Below, piece after piece: positions 48,069 through 58,489 of a stretch of 64,000 bases of DNA. A program made the position numbers and the translations under genes. The notes beneath the pieces are model-generated. The model made no database searches, had not been told where the DNA came from, and worked only from the letters and a program-made list of their open reading frames with translations. Within the stretch, counting starts at the first letter, position 1. Each line of letters opens with the position of its first letter. The stretch comes from Clostridia bacterium (GTDB taxonomy: Bacteria > Bacillota > Clostridia > Oscillospirales > CAG-272), in the NCBI GenBank assembly GCA_017502975.1, contig JAFVTV010000037.1, positions 16,576-80,575 on the forward strand, written 5' to 3'.

Positions 48069-49310
48069 TCAATCGATCACAAAAAACTGTGGCAAGCCCT
48101 TTTCATAAGCAGGTGTTGCCTCGCCTGCAATAAGCGGCAACAAGTAGTCGGCACATGCGCGCGTAATATGATTGGAGCGCTTATTAATAAAATGATCGGG
48201 GACTCTTTTTACCTGATTGGCGATTTTGGATACATCGCTATGATCAATGTGATAAACATAAGGAGAGGTGTTATCACGAATGATAGTCATCATTTCACGT
48301 GTAACGCCATTAGCCGCCGCACGCACCGCTTCCCTACCAACGTTAACGGATTCCGCAATATCGGTAGCAGAAGCAATATGCGCCGCGCAGCGCTGAGAAA
48401 TGTTAAATTCAATTGAGCGCACCTTGCAGCCAAGCTCTGCTCTTACCGCAAGCTCAAGTGCTTTACCGGTGCCCGAAAGCTGCTTGTGTCCAAACACATC
48501 AGTAGTTCCAACACCAACGCTCTCACAAACATATGTACCGTCAGCAAAGCGAATGCCCTCAGATACGGCAATGACAACATTAGGGTGCTTGGAAAGTGCC
48601 TTGCGCACATCCTCAAAAAATTCTTCTTTATTGAAGGCACGCTCGGGCAGATAAATAAGATCGGGTACGATGCCATTGGTGGCAAGCCCCATACCTGCGG
48701 CGGCAGTAAGCCACCCTGCATCACGCCCCATAATTTCAACAATGGTAACAGCAGGTGTGCTATACACCGCACAGTCGCGAATGACCTCCTGCATAGAAAC
48801 GGCAATATATTTGGCAGCAGAGCCAAAGCCGGGTGTGTGGTCAGTTACAACAAGATCGTTATCAATGGTTTTCGGCACGCCAACAATACGCATCTCATAA
48901 TCCTGCGCCTTGGTATAAGCAGAGAGCTTTGCCACGGTATCCATAGAATCATTGCCGCCGATGTAAAAGAAATAACGAATATTATATTTTTTGAAAATGG
49001 AAAGCAGCTTTTCGTAAACCGCATCATCCTCACCAATTTTGGGCAGCTTTTTGCGGCAGGAGCCAAGCGCCGCGGCGGGCGTGTGCTCAAGCATATCGAT
49101 ATTGCGAGGATCTGCAAACAACTCATTTAAATTCACAAGTCGCTCTTCAAGCAATCCCTCAACACCGTTACGCATACCGTAAAGCGTTTGAACAGCACCG
49201 TCACCTACATTCTCAAGCACACCGCGAATAACGCCAGCAAGTGTGGCATTGATGGCTGCGGTAGGACCGCCCGATTGACCTACTACTGCATTTCCGATCA
49301 GCTTTTCCAT
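48069..49310 (-). CDS. pfp: 6-phosphofructokinase, probably PPi-dependent
   Basis: QSGGPT, IGGNDS (Asp typical of the PPi type), PKTIDND, EIMGR, SEG. Confidence 0.85.
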   Translation of the reverse strand: MEKLIGNAVVGQSGGPTAAINATLAGVIRGVLENVGDGAVQTLYGMRNGVEGLLEERLVNLNELFADPRNIDMLEHTPAAALGSCRKKLPKIGEDDAVYEKLLSIFKKYNIRYFFYIGGNDSMDTVAKLSAYTKAQDYEMRIVGVPKTIDNDLVVTDHTPGFGSAAKYIAVSMQEVIRDCAVYSTPAVTIVEIMGRDAGWLTAAAGMGLATNGIVPDLIYLPERAFNKEEFFEDVRKALSKHPNVVIAVSEGIRFADGTYVCESVGVGTTDVFGHKQLSGTGKALELAVRAELGCKVRSIEFNISQRCAAHIASATDIAESVNVGREAVRAAANGVTREMMTIIRDNTSPYVYHIDHSDVSKIANQVKRVPDHFINKRSNHITRACADYLLPLIAGEATPAYEKGLPQFFVID

Positions 49311-49572
49311 TTAAAATAGACCTCCTAATATTTGGAAATATTCTTTGATATAACCTATGAAATATTATATCAGAAATATAACACAAAATCAAGCAACCTT
49401 ACACGGAACGATATGCAACTCTTAGTTGCAGTACCACATGAGCATCCGTATAGAAATATGCCTTCTTCCAAACAAATTTTAGCAAATATAAGACTTGATG
49501 TCAAGCCCAAAAGCATATCCTTGCGTTATTTTGGACAGGCGGCACCTCATAGAATTTGTTGGAGGTGATTTT

Positions 49573-50250
49573 TTGTTTTCAGCTTTGATCTCACTTATCT
49601 TGGGAGCCGTGCATTTACTGCTTGGAATTGGCACGCCCCAAAAGTTTCCGCCACCGTTAAGTGCCGCCGAGGAGCGTGCCGCTTTTGTGGCAAAATCACA
49701 GGGTGATATGGAGGCTCGTGAAAAACTGATTTTGCACAACCTGCGTTTGGTTGCACACATTGTAAGAAAATATTACGGAACGGCAAAAAACAGCGAGGAT
49801 CTTGTATCGATCGGCACCATAGGGTTGGTAAAAGCCGTAGACACCTTTAATCCCACAAACGGCACACGCTTTGCCACTTATGCCGCAAAGTGTATTCAAA
49901 ACGAGATCCTGATGCACTTTCGTGCGCAAAAAAAGCTTTCTTGCGAGGTTTCGATCAACGAAACGATCGATGTGGACCGCGACGGCAATCCCCTGACCTA
50001 CATCGATGTGATCGCCACGGAGGATAACATTGAAGAGGAGGTTGACAAGCACATCAAATCAACGCGCGTGCGGCGCTTGGTTGAAACCGTGCTTGATACG
50101 CGCGAGCGTGAGATCATATATTTGCGCTATGGGCTATCCGGCGATCAGCCACTCACACAGCGTGAGGTGGCTGAGCTACTCGGCATCTCACGCTCATATG
50201 TGAGCCGTATTGAAAAAAGCGCGCTCGACACCCTGAGGGAATACTGTTAA
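49573..50250 (+). CDS. sigK: Sporulation sigma factor pro-sigmaK, uninterrupted
   Basis: TTG start after GGAGGTG RBS; hydrophobic pro-sequence then FPPPLS; HNLRLVAHIV.KY, NEILMHFR, DRDGN, TQREVA..GISRSYVSRIEK; CATAGAAT -10-like box at 49548-55. Confidence 0.88.
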   Translation: MFSALISLILGAVHLLLGIGTPQKFPPPLSAAEERAAFVAKSQGDMEAREKLILHNLRLVAHIVRKYYGTAKNSEDLVSIGTIGLVKAVDTFNPTNGTRFATYAAKCIQNEILMHFRAQKKLSCEVSINETIDVDRDGNPLTYIDVIATEDNIEEEVDKHIKSTRVRRLVETVLDTREREIIYLRYGLSGDQPLTQREVAELLGISRSYVSRIEKSALDTLREYC

Positions 50251-50253
50251 CGT

Positions 50254-50286
50254 AAAAAGAGGCTGCCAACCGGCAGCCCCTTTTTT
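50254..50286. terminator. Bidirectional terminator
   Basis: aaaaagaggctgcc-aacc-ggcagcccctttttt. Confidence 0.75.
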
Positions 50287-50287
50287 G

Positions 50288-51955
50288 TTATTCTTTTTCA
50301 AGCTCGATCTTGATTTCAATTTCTTTATTGCCAATGGCAGCAAATCCGCGGTAATGACCGTTGCGGTTGTAGCCAACCTCCTCAAGATCTATGATCTTAC
50401 CGCTTGTGGTATAACGGCAAACAAAGCCCTGATAGCGAATTTCAAGCTGCTGCTCACTCGCCTTGATATTGGTATATACCTCACCGTCAAACGCGAAGGC
50501 AGGCAGCATATGCGCCAACTTATCGCTGCTTGTTGCCTTAATGGTTACACCGCTTTGATCAACGACATAATCAGTTCTAACCTCCTTGCCGTTAAAGAAG
50601 CGGCAAAGTAGCGAGGCGCTTGCGCTATTCTCCCCTGCTTCCATGCCAAGCACCTCGTAACGGCCGATATAAGCATCCGTGGCAAACTGCCAATAGTTAT
50701 CCGAGAAAATACCGGGTGAGAGCGACATAGCCACGGGGTGCTCGCCGACCACGAACTTGGGCATTGCGGGGCAAGGCAAGGACATACAAAGTGCCGAGGG
50801 CACATCTGCCTTATGCACGCGCCCAAGACCCGATGCATCGTAGTGCGGGTCTGCATCGGTATCAAACTCAAGTGAATAGCCTCCTGCACGCAAAAAGACC
50901 TTGTTGAAATATTCGGAGGTTTGATATACCATAGGGGAAAGGTCTATCTCGCCCGGAACAACATCGTCATTGCAAAGAATGTAGGCGTTATACAAATTAG
51001 ATGCCAGTGTGATCATATACTTATCAAAATACGCATAGACCTCACAGCCAAACCGGCTTTCAAGCGGGAAGCGGTTCTTGACATGGTGAACGGGAGTGCG
51101 GTCAAGCCACCGCTCAATGCAATCAAGCGCTCGCTCTGCTGCGGCTTTAAATTTTCCTGCCAGCTTAAAATTACCCTCTCTTTGATAACGGTCAGCAGCA
51201 TATTCAAGCACGATCAGCTGCATTGCCTCGTTGTGCAAAAACTGATTGCTGCGACCGCCAAAGGGCACCTCACCCGTTACCGATTGCATCTTAAGCGTCA
51301 AAAGCTCGGTTTTGCGAAGCATTTCGTCGATCTCGGCTCGGTAAGGTCCGTCGTAACCGAAATGAAGCAACAAGGAAAACAGACCTCTCGGAACCAGATC
51401 GTAAATGATGGGTGGGTGATAAAGAGCGTCGCGGTACATACCGTTTTCATCAAGCCACTGAAGCTGTGTGGGGATCTGAACATCCACAAAATCATCGGCA
51501 TTACAAAGCCCGTAATGGTGTCGCGCGTACTCACTGACCGTTGTAAAGAGTGCCCAATTAAAGACCTTGTCTGTTTTTGACTTGGCATATTTATCGTAAC
51601 AGGTGTAGGGATCGATGGAGGCGATCGAACGCTTCCAGCCTTCAAGTCGCTTTTGGGGCACTACCCCCGCCGCCTCGATCTCCATGAGTGCACAAACGAT
51701 CTCTCGCACCGAAAAATCGTTTGCTGCTTTAACACGCGGGATCTCCAGACAGCAAAAATCCATCATCTTAAGAAAAAGCGGCATAAGGTCGGTACGTCGG
51801 CCGTGGGAAATGAGAATGCCGATGTTCGCCGCCATACGCGGGAAGCCGTGCTCGGTAAGCCCATCCCTTTTCACACGCTCAAAATATGCCACGATTTGTT
51901 CGTCAGCATAAGCGGCAAGGGTACGCTCCATTAAATCGATATAGCGTTCTTTCAT
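50288..51955 (-). CDS. Hypothetical cytoplasmic protein in the kduI-kduD operon
   Basis: 555 aa ORF starting 6 bp after the kduD stop; helical N-terminal part, beta-rich C-terminal part; no family confidently recognised. Confidence 0.7.
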   Translation of the reverse strand: MKERYIDLMERTLAAYADEQIVAYFERVKRDGLTEHGFPRMAANIGILISHGRRTDLMPLFLKMMDFCCLEIPRVKAANDFSVREIVCALMEIEAAGVVPQKRLEGWKRSIASIDPYTCYDKYAKSKTDKVFNWALFTTVSEYARHHYGLCNADDFVDVQIPTQLQWLDENGMYRDALYHPPIIYDLVPRGLFSLLLHFGYDGPYRAEIDEMLRKTELLTLKMQSVTGEVPFGGRSNQFLHNEAMQLIVLEYAADRYQREGNFKLAGKFKAAAERALDCIERWLDRTPVHHVKNRFPLESRFGCEVYAYFDKYMITLASNLYNAYILCNDDVVPGEIDLSPMVYQTSEYFNKVFLRAGGYSLEFDTDADPHYDASGLGRVHKADVPSALCMSLPCPAMPKFVVGEHPVAMSLSPGIFSDNYWQFATDAYIGRYEVLGMEAGENSASASLLCRFFNGKEVRTDYVVDQSGVTIKATSSDKLAHMLPAFAFDGEVYTNIKASEQQLEIRYQGFVCRYTTSGKIIDLEEVGYNRNGHYRGFAAIGNKEIEIKIELEKE

Positions 51956-51961
51956 AAGCGT

Positions 51962-52759
51962 TTACTTGGGCTGTTTACCGATATAAGCAAGAATACCGCC
52001 GTCAACATACAGTACGTGGCCGTTTACAAAATTAGAAGCATCGGATGCAAGGAACACCGCGGGACCCACAAGATCCTCTGTTTCACCCCAGCGTGCTGCG
52101 GGCGTTTTTGCAATGATAAAGGAATCGAACGGGTGACGGCTACCGTCGGGCTGCAGCTCGCGCAAGGGTGCGGTCTGAGGCGTAGCGATATAGCCGGGGC
52201 CAATGCCGTTACACTGAATATTAAATTCGCCGTATTCCGATGCAATATTGCGAGTGAGCATCTTAAGACCGCCCTTGGCAGCCGCATACGCAGAAACGGT
52301 TTCGCGGCCAAGCTCGCTCATCATCGAGCAGATATTGATGATTTTGCCGTGACCCTTCTTGATCATGGCAGGGATCACCGCCTTCGATACGATAAAGGGG
52401 GCGTTGAGGTCAACGTCAATGACCTTTCTGAAGTCGGCTGCGGACATCTCGCACATGGGAATTCTCTTAATGATACCTGCGTTGTTGACAAGGATATCGA
52501 TTACACCGACCTCTTTTTCAACAGTGGCAACGAGAGCGTTTACAGCATCCTCATCGGTAACATCGCACACATAGCCGTGAGCATCAATACCCTCTGCCTT
52601 ATAAGCCGCGATTCCCTTTTCAACAAGTTCTGCATTGATATCGTTAAATACAACGGTTGCGCCTGCGTTTGCAAGGCCCTTTGCAATCGCAAAGCCGATG
52701 CCGTAAGAGGCGCCCGTGACAAGCGCGACCTTGCCTGTAAGATCAAACATATTTGCCAT
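51962..52759 (-). CDS. kduD: 2-deoxy-D-gluconate 3-dehydrogenase / gluconate 5-dehydrogenase (SDR)
   Basis: TGASYGIG, NNAG, YAAAKGG; adjacent to kduI. Confidence 0.85.
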   Translation of the reverse strand: MANMFDLTGKVALVTGASYGIGFAIAKGLANAGATVVFNDINAELVEKGIAAYKAEGIDAHGYVCDVTDEDAVNALVATVEKEVGVIDILVNNAGIIKRIPMCEMSAADFRKVIDVDLNAPFIVSKAVIPAMIKKGHGKIINICSMMSELGRETVSAYAAAKGGLKMLTRNIASEYGEFNIQCNGIGPGYIATPQTAPLRELQPDGSRHPFDSFIIAKTPAARWGETEDLVGPAVFLASDASNFVNGHVLYVDGGILAYIGKQPK

Positions 52760-52777
52760 TTTTCTATTCTCCTTTTA

Positions 52778-53608
52778 TTAGAGCAGATCCTTGGTTGCGA
52801 TATGATCCATATCGGTGAACTCCTGGTTCTCGCCGCACATCGACCAGATAAAGGAGTAAGCGCGCGTGCCGACACCCGAGTGGATCGACCACGAGGGAGA
52901 GATTACCGCTTCCTCATTGTGCATGATGATGTGTCTTGTTTCGGTGGGCTCACCCATCATATGGAATACCACATCATTCTCGCCCATATCGAGGTAGAAG
53001 TAGACCTCCATACGACTGTCGTGTGTGTGGCAGGGCATGGTGTTCCAGTTGGAGCCGGGCTCAAGCTGTGTAAGACCCATAGTAAGCTGACAGCTCTTGA
53101 TCACCTCAGGGTGAATGTACTGATTGATGACACGCTTGTTGCACTCCTCAGCCGAGCCGCAGGGCACCTTTTTCGCCTTGCTGATATCGATCTTTACGAT
53201 CGGATAGGATGCGTGTGCGGGGCAAGAACTAACATAGAACTTTGCGGGATCGGCAGGATCAGCGCTCTCAAACGTGATCTCCTTATTTCCCATACCGATA
53301 TACATACCGTCACGGGGGTTCATTTCATAAGCAACACCGTCAACGGTAACGGTGCCCTTGCCACCCACGTTGATGCAGCCCATTTCGCGGCGCTGCAGGA
53401 AATATTCGGCTGCAAGCTCCTTGCCTGCCTCAAGTGCCAATGCCTTAGTTACAGGCATTACTCCTGCTGTGATGATTCTGTCGATGTGGCTGTACACCAT
53501 TTTAACGTTGTCGTTGGTAAAAAGACCACAGATGTGGAACTCCTCACGAAGTCTTTCGGTTGTATAATGCTTTGCGTCCTTTGCGTTTGCGGGTTGACGT
53601 ACTTCCAT
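52778..53608 (-). CDS. kduI: 5-dehydro-4-deoxy-D-glucuronate isomerase
   Basis: YSHIDR, RREMG, WNTMPCHTH..RMEVYFY, SPSWSIHSG, GENQ. Confidence 0.96.
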   Translation of the reverse strand: MEVRQPANAKDAKHYTTERLREEFHICGLFTNDNVKMVYSHIDRIITAGVMPVTKALALEAGKELAAEYFLQRREMGCINVGGKGTVTVDGVAYEMNPRDGMYIGMGNKEITFESADPADPAKFYVSSCPAHASYPIVKIDISKAKKVPCGSAEECNKRVINQYIHPEVIKSCQLTMGLTQLEPGSNWNTMPCHTHDSRMEVYFYLDMGENDVVFHMMGEPTETRHIIMHNEEAVISPSWSIHSGVGTRAYSFIWSMCGENQEFTDMDHIATKDLL

Positions 53609-53744
53609 GGTAAAAACCTCCTAAATTATATGATTACAATTTCATTATATCAAATGATTTTTGCAAATTCATTGCTTGTTTTTACATTTTTGTTGCAATT
53701 TCAATCATTTTATGCTACAATATCCACAAGAGAGGTGATCGTAC

Positions 53745-54590
53745 ATGAAATGTTTTTTTGAGACCTGCCACGAAGCGGTTGCCGCCGCCACACAAACCAA
53801 AAGCTTTGGTATCTTTTTCTCAGAGGAAAGCAACCCTACCCAACACGTGCACGTGCACGACTGCTGTGAAATATTTCTCGCGCTTGAGGGTGGAAGCACC
53901 TTTCTTGTAGACGACAAGGTCTATGACATCCAAAACGGAGATCTGTTTGTCATCAACCAATTTGAGGCACACAAGGTAGTGGCAAGCAAAAACGGCAAAT
54001 TTACGCGCTACATCCTTCACGTGCATCCTGCATTTATTTACGCCAACTCACAGGGCGACATAAGCCTTGCCCCCTGCTTTTATTCAACCAACAAAATTAC
54101 AAAACTATCCCCAAGCGCAAGCGACTTGGCACGGCTGGTTGCTTTGTTTGAGGATATGCGCTGTGAGCGCGCATACGGCGATGAAATTTACAAAAGATTG
54201 CGCGCGACCGAGATCTTGCTTGAGATCAACCGTCTGTTTGCCACCCATGGTACCGCTAAATCCGATGCCTTTCGGCACAAAACCGTTCAGCTTGCTATCG
54301 ACTATATCAACGGCAACTATGCAAACGTGCTCTCGCTTGAGGATGTGGCAAAAAATGCTTTTGTTTCCCCCGCACAGCTCTCGCGCCTGTTCAACCGCTA
54401 CTGCGGCACAACGGTAACCAAGTATATCGCGGGCAAGCGCATTACCGAAGCCAAAAAAATGCTGGCTGAGGGCAGAAGCGTTACCGACACTGCCCTTTCC
54501 TGCGGCTTTAACGACTACGCCAATTTCATTCGCACCTTCAAGCGGGCAGTTGGCGTACCGCCCGGGAAATACAGAACGCAGATCCTATAG
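53745..54590 (+). CDS. AraC-family regulator with cupin sensor domain, divergent from kduI
   Basis: HVHDCCEI...EAH cupin; GFNDYANFIRTFKRAVGVPPGKYR. Confidence 0.9.
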   Translation: MKCFFETCHEAVAAATQTKSFGIFFSEESNPTQHVHVHDCCEIFLALEGGSTFLVDDKVYDIQNGDLFVINQFEAHKVVASKNGKFTRYILHVHPAFIYANSQGDISLAPCFYSTNKITKLSPSASDLARLVALFEDMRCERAYGDEIYKRLRATEILLEINRLFATHGTAKSDAFRHKTVQLAIDYINGNYANVLSLEDVAKNAFVSPAQLSRLFNRYCGTTVTKYIAGKRITEAKKMLAEGRSVTDTALSCGFNDYANFIRTFKRAVGVPPGKYRTQIL

Positions 54591-54605
54591 CCAAGTGTTA
54601 TATCT

Positions 54606-54652
54606 AAAAAACCGCTTTTTTTGCCACTCGCAGCAGAAAAAGCGGTTCTTTT
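54606..54652. terminator. Bidirectional terminator
   Basis: aaccgcttttt...aaaaagcggtt. Confidence 0.65.
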
Positions 54653-56087
54653 ATTTTGTGCTTTTATTGGGCAGCATCTTTTTTATAAGCAACCGCGCCT
54701 CGGGAAGCATCAACAATACCAAAACGACTGCTGCCAACAAAACCCCGATGTTCCATGCAGGTGAGAGGTAGTGATATGCCAAAGCGACCGCCGCAATAAG
54801 CGGAACTGCGACAAGATGTTTGGGACACAGGCAAAGGCCCAAAATGCGCCGCAAAAGCAATAAACGCAGCAAAACCGTTGCAAATGCGGCAACACAGAAG
54901 GCACAGTGTGCGCCAAGCGCACCGCCGCCGCACTCAATAAACAACAGGGTGAGCGCCACGTTCAAAATGGCACCAAGCGCGACAGAAAGCAAAAGCATTC
55001 CCGTCCTTTTCGCCGCACCGAACATCGGCTCAAGAAAATCGCAAAGAACAGTGAGCGCCGCACCCGCAAGAGCCGCCGGGATAAGCAGTTTTGCTTCTCC
55101 GTAAGAATCGGCGATAAACTGTGGGAACAGCCAAAGTCCCACACGGGCGGCAGGTATGCAGAGCAAACAAACGGCAAGCGTAACACGTATGAAAAGGTCG
55201 GTCTTTTCGCTGTAATACTTCCCTTTCTCACTCATTACGGCATCCCGATGATCCCCCTTTGCAAAGGCGATCTCCTGCCACGCCAACCGAAAGCAAAGTG
55301 AGGCAAAGACAATGATCTGCGCAAATTTCAGCGATACGGCAAACACGCCACCCGCCGTTTCGCCAACAAGCAAGGTAACAAGTACCCTTCCAAGGGATGT
55401 TAGCATCCAATAGGCGCAAGATCCCACACCCAAGGGCAAGCAAAAGCGCAGCAAGCGCCGCAGCACGACAGGATCAAGCGAGCCAAGATGCAGTAGCTCG
55501 TTTATCCGACAGCGCGCAAGCAATAGGATCACCCCAACACCTGCCCCAACTGCATAGGAAATATAAAGCGCTTCAAATCCACGCGCAAAACACAGGATCA
55601 GCACCAAATTACAAGCGATCTGCAGGAGTGTGGAAATCACACCCGTTGCGGCATACCAAGCGGTGTACCCTTGGGCGCGAACGATCATGCCGCACGCAAG
55701 AAAAAGAGCGTTAAGCAAGCCGTAAAGCACCACAAGCGGTGCATAGGCGGGCGCAAAAGCAATGCAAAGAATACTGCCCAAAAGCAAATAAAGTGCCGAA
55801 AGAACCGCAAGCAGAAAAAGCCCGCAGCGCAGCACCGCAAGCCGCTCTTCACTGCTCCCGCGCTCCAAATAAAAGCGCATGATGCCAACGCCAACATCAA
55901 GAAAAACAAATGAGGACACCAGCACCGCTATGGCAGTTGTGGCATCATACACACCCATATCCCCCACGGGGATGCGTGCGGTATAGAGCGGGAGCATGAA
56001 AAACAGCGCCAGTTTAGACAAAAAATTGCCAAGAAAATAAACAAGGGAGGTGCGCCAAAAATGTTGCGGTGCAGCAACGCTTTGCAT
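54651..56087 (-). CDS. Polysaccharide flippase (Wzx/MOP family)
   Basis: YFLGNFLSK..FFMLPLYT...GVYD; about 12-14 TM. Confidence 0.82.
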   Translation of the reverse strand: MQSVAAPQHFWRTSLVYFLGNFLSKLALFFMLPLYTARIPVGDMGVYDATTAIAVLVSSFVFLDVGVGIMRFYLERGSSEERLAVLRCGLFLLAVLSALYLLLGSILCIAFAPAYAPLVVLYGLLNALFLACGMIVRAQGYTAWYAATGVISTLLQIACNLVLILCFARGFEALYISYAVGAGVGVILLLARCRINELLHLGSLDPVVLRRLLRFCLPLGVGSCAYWMLTSLGRVLVTLLVGETAGGVFAVSLKFAQIIVFASLCFRLAWQEIAFAKGDHRDAVMSEKGKYYSEKTDLFIRVTLAVCLLCIPAARVGLWLFPQFIADSYGEAKLLIPAALAGAALTVLCDFLEPMFGAAKRTGMLLLSVALGAILNVALTLLFIECGGGALGAHCAFCVAAFATVLLRLLLLRRILGLCLCPKHLVAVPLIAAVALAYHYLSPAWNIGVLLAAVVLVLLMLPEARLLIKKMLPNKSTK

Positions 56088-56119
56088 ATCGGTAAACCTC
56101 CCTTTTTATAAGTATTTTT

Positions 56120-57232
56120 TTACTGCCAAAAGAAACGGTAAGGCAACGCATCGTACCACAAGGCGCTGCGCAAAAACAAAATGATCAAGAAATACGCAAG
56201 TGCGGCGAGCAGGACAGCGATCTCCTGCACGGGAAAGGCAATATGTCGCTTTTCCTCATGAAAATACGCAGCGGGAACCGCGGCAGGCAGCCACAGCAGA
56301 TACAGCACCTCAAAATAATTAAATATGCGCTGTAGCTGACCAAAGCCCGTCATCATGGCGGCAACCACAACACCTGCAAGCATCATCAACGTTAAAAACG
56401 CGTGCTCATCAAACTCTCCTTTAACAACTGCTACGGCACCCACATCTTTGGCAAAATAAAACCGATAAATGCCGTACGCCGTTACGATAAGAAATACCGC
56501 AAAGAAGCAATAAAGCGCACCAAAACTCGTTGCCTCATAATCGGCATAACGAGGGATCAGTTGGGTAACAAACTTGAGAACGGGGCGCACAAAAGCCATG
56601 CCCAGTGCGGCAAGCACACCCGCAGCAGGCAAAAGCACCTTTAAACTTTTTTTGTGGACAGGAATAAAGGTAAGTATTGGGCAAAGCAAAAACAAAAGCG
56701 CGCTGACATGAAAGCATGCCGCAAATAAAACAACCAATATATACCGCCAATAGCAGCGCCTTTTTAGAAAATCCCATGCAAAAAGCAGTATGGCAATGGC
56801 AAGAGCCTGGCGCATGATGTTGAGATAAAAGGGATACAGCATCATGGCAAGGTACAAATAAAACGCGAGGTATATATTTTTGGCATGTCGGTAAATGAAC
56901 AAAGATACCGAGCCATTGATCAAAAGCGCGGTTATGGCGATCAGCCACTGACCGTTTGCGGTAAAGCGCGAGATCACAAAGCAAAGCACGCGAAAGCCCG
57001 GCTCGACCCAAGAGGAGAATGTCAAGATATCAAGAAATCCGCGCCCGTGCAGTTTTTGAAACACATCAAGAAAAAGCGTGGTATCGCGCCCTACCTCAGG
57101 TGCGCGGCATGCTGCAATAAAGGTCAGCAGAAGGAAAGAAACGCAAGTAAAAATGCGGCGGGAACGCAAGGTATCCCGTGGCAAAAGCAGGCGCATCAGC
57201 GCCATTGCGATTAAAACAGTTACGTATATCAT
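56120..57232 (-). CDS. EpsG-family polymerase (Wzy-like)
   Basis: R..VGRDT, EPGF, MRQALA, FHVSA. Confidence 0.85.
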   Translation of the reverse strand: MIYVTVLIAMALMRLLLPRDTLRSRRIFTCVSFLLLTFIAACRAPEVGRDTTLFLDVFQKLHGRGFLDILTFSSWVEPGFRVLCFVISRFTANGQWLIAITALLINGSVSLFIYRHAKNIYLAFYLYLAMMLYPFYLNIMRQALAIAILLFAWDFLKRRCYWRYILVVLFAACFHVSALLFLLCPILTFIPVHKKSLKVLLPAAGVLAALGMAFVRPVLKFVTQLIPRYADYEATSFGALYCFFAVFLIVTAYGIYRFYFAKDVGAVAVVKGEFDEHAFLTLMMLAGVVVAAMMTGFGQLQRIFNYFEVLYLLWLPAAVPAAYFHEEKRHIAFPVQEIAVLLAALAYFLIILFLRSALWYDALPYRFFWQ

Positions 57233-57254
57233 CGTGCGCCTTCTCCCCTCCCCT

Positions 57255-58343
57255 TTATGCTTTTGAGCGGTAGAATCGATAGAGATCTTCTACAATCGTA
57301 TCAAGGGAGTAGCCCGCCGCCGCAACCCTCGCGGCATATGCACCACGCGCCCCTATTATCGGTGCTGCAAGCGCATCTACCCAATCTGCTGTTTTGGCGG
57401 TGTTCAAAAAAGCGGTAATGCCGCAAATGTCGCTCTCGCGGGTAACGGTATCTGCAACCACGGCAGAAAGTCCGCTTGCCTGCGCCTCAATGAGCGTGAT
57501 GGGCAAGCCCTCAAAGCGCGAGGGTAAAATAAAGCGATCCATGGTGCTGTACAGTGCCTGCATATCGGTACGCACGCCAAGAAAACGCACCGCATGCAGC
57601 GGTAAAATTTTTTGGGCAAGTGTTTCGATGGAAGCGCGCAGATGCCCGTCGCCCACCAACAAAAGAACAGAGTTCGGATGCTTTTCAAAAAACGCCTTAA
57701 AAATAGCAAGCGCTGTGATATGATTTTTTTGGGGGCTAAAGCGCGCCACCATACCGATAACCGTTTGATCCTCACCAATGCCAAGCTCCGCGCGTGTGTG
57801 GCGACGCATTGCCTCACTGTAAGCAAAGCCTGCAATGTCAATTCCGTTTTTTATAATTTTGACCTGCCCTGCGGCAACAGCCCTATTACCAAAGGCTGTC
57901 TGTGCCGCAGCCGTGCCGCAAGCAAAATAATCGGTAGCAGCACACCTTGCCCACGCAAACGACAAGCTGTGTGCAAGACGCAAAAACAGATTTTTTTCCT
58001 TTCGCGCGGCATGCGAATGCTGAATACAGCAGGGTACGCCTGCTTTTTTGGCAACCGCAAGCGGAATGGCACCCCACTCTGTGGTGTGTACATGCACCAC
58101 GTCGGGGCGATAAGTCAAAAAGAGTGAACGCAATGCCTTGCAATGCTTTAGGAGATGCTTGCGCGACGGAATAAGATGAAGCGTGACGCCGCGCGCACGA
58201 AAGCGCTCAGCACATGCGGAAACAACGATCTCCTGCGCTACAATATGAAACTCGATATCCTCTGGCATATGAGAGATCCAACGGTAGATCAATGTTTCCA
58301 CGCCACCGTTCTCAAAGCCCGATATTACATGAAACACACGCAC
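57255..58343 (-). CDS. GT4 glycosyltransferase (EpsF-like)
   Basis: GGVE, HSH, NGID, RFSPQKNH, PSRFEGLP..EAQASG; GTG start near 58343; TTGCAT-17-TATAAT promoter at 58397-58369. Confidence 0.88.
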   Translation of the reverse strand: MRVFHVISGFENGGVETLIYRWISHMPEDIEFHIVAQEIVVSACAERFRARGVTLHLIPSRKHLLKHCKALRSLFLTYRPDVVHVHTTEWGAIPLAVAKKAGVPCCIQHSHAARKEKNLFLRLAHSLSFAWARCAATDYFACGTAAAQTAFGNRAVAAGQVKIIKNGIDIAGFAYSEAMRRHTRAELGIGEDQTVIGMVARFSPQKNHITALAIFKAFFEKHPNSVLLLVGDGHLRASIETLAQKILPLHAVRFLGVRTDMQALYSTMDRFILPSRFEGLPITLIEAQASGLSAVVADTVTRESDICGITAFLNTAKTADWVDALAAPIIGARGAYAARVAAAGYSLDTIVEDLYRFYRSKA

Positions 58344-58430
58344 ACATCTCACCCCTTTCTCTATGAACATTATACTACAAATTGTCAATAAATGCAATAG
58401 AAAAGAAATTGATTCCTTTCACACAAAGAA

Positions 58431-58472
58431 AGATCCGCTTTTTCATTGCTCAAGCAGCAAAAAAGCGGATCT
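58431..58472 (-). terminator. Hairpin after the DUF1385 gene
   Basis: agatccgcttttt...aaaaagcggatct. Confidence 0.55.
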
Positions 58473-58489
58473 AAACTAAAGCATCAGCA

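Noticed and set aside
49573-50250. skin-like element interrupting sigK
   Set aside because: The reading frame is continuous and full length.
52016-53761. 581-aa plus-strand ORF spanning kduD and kduI
   Set aside because: It is an antisense shadow that crosses an 18-bp in-phase spacer; the minus-strand genes are unambiguous.
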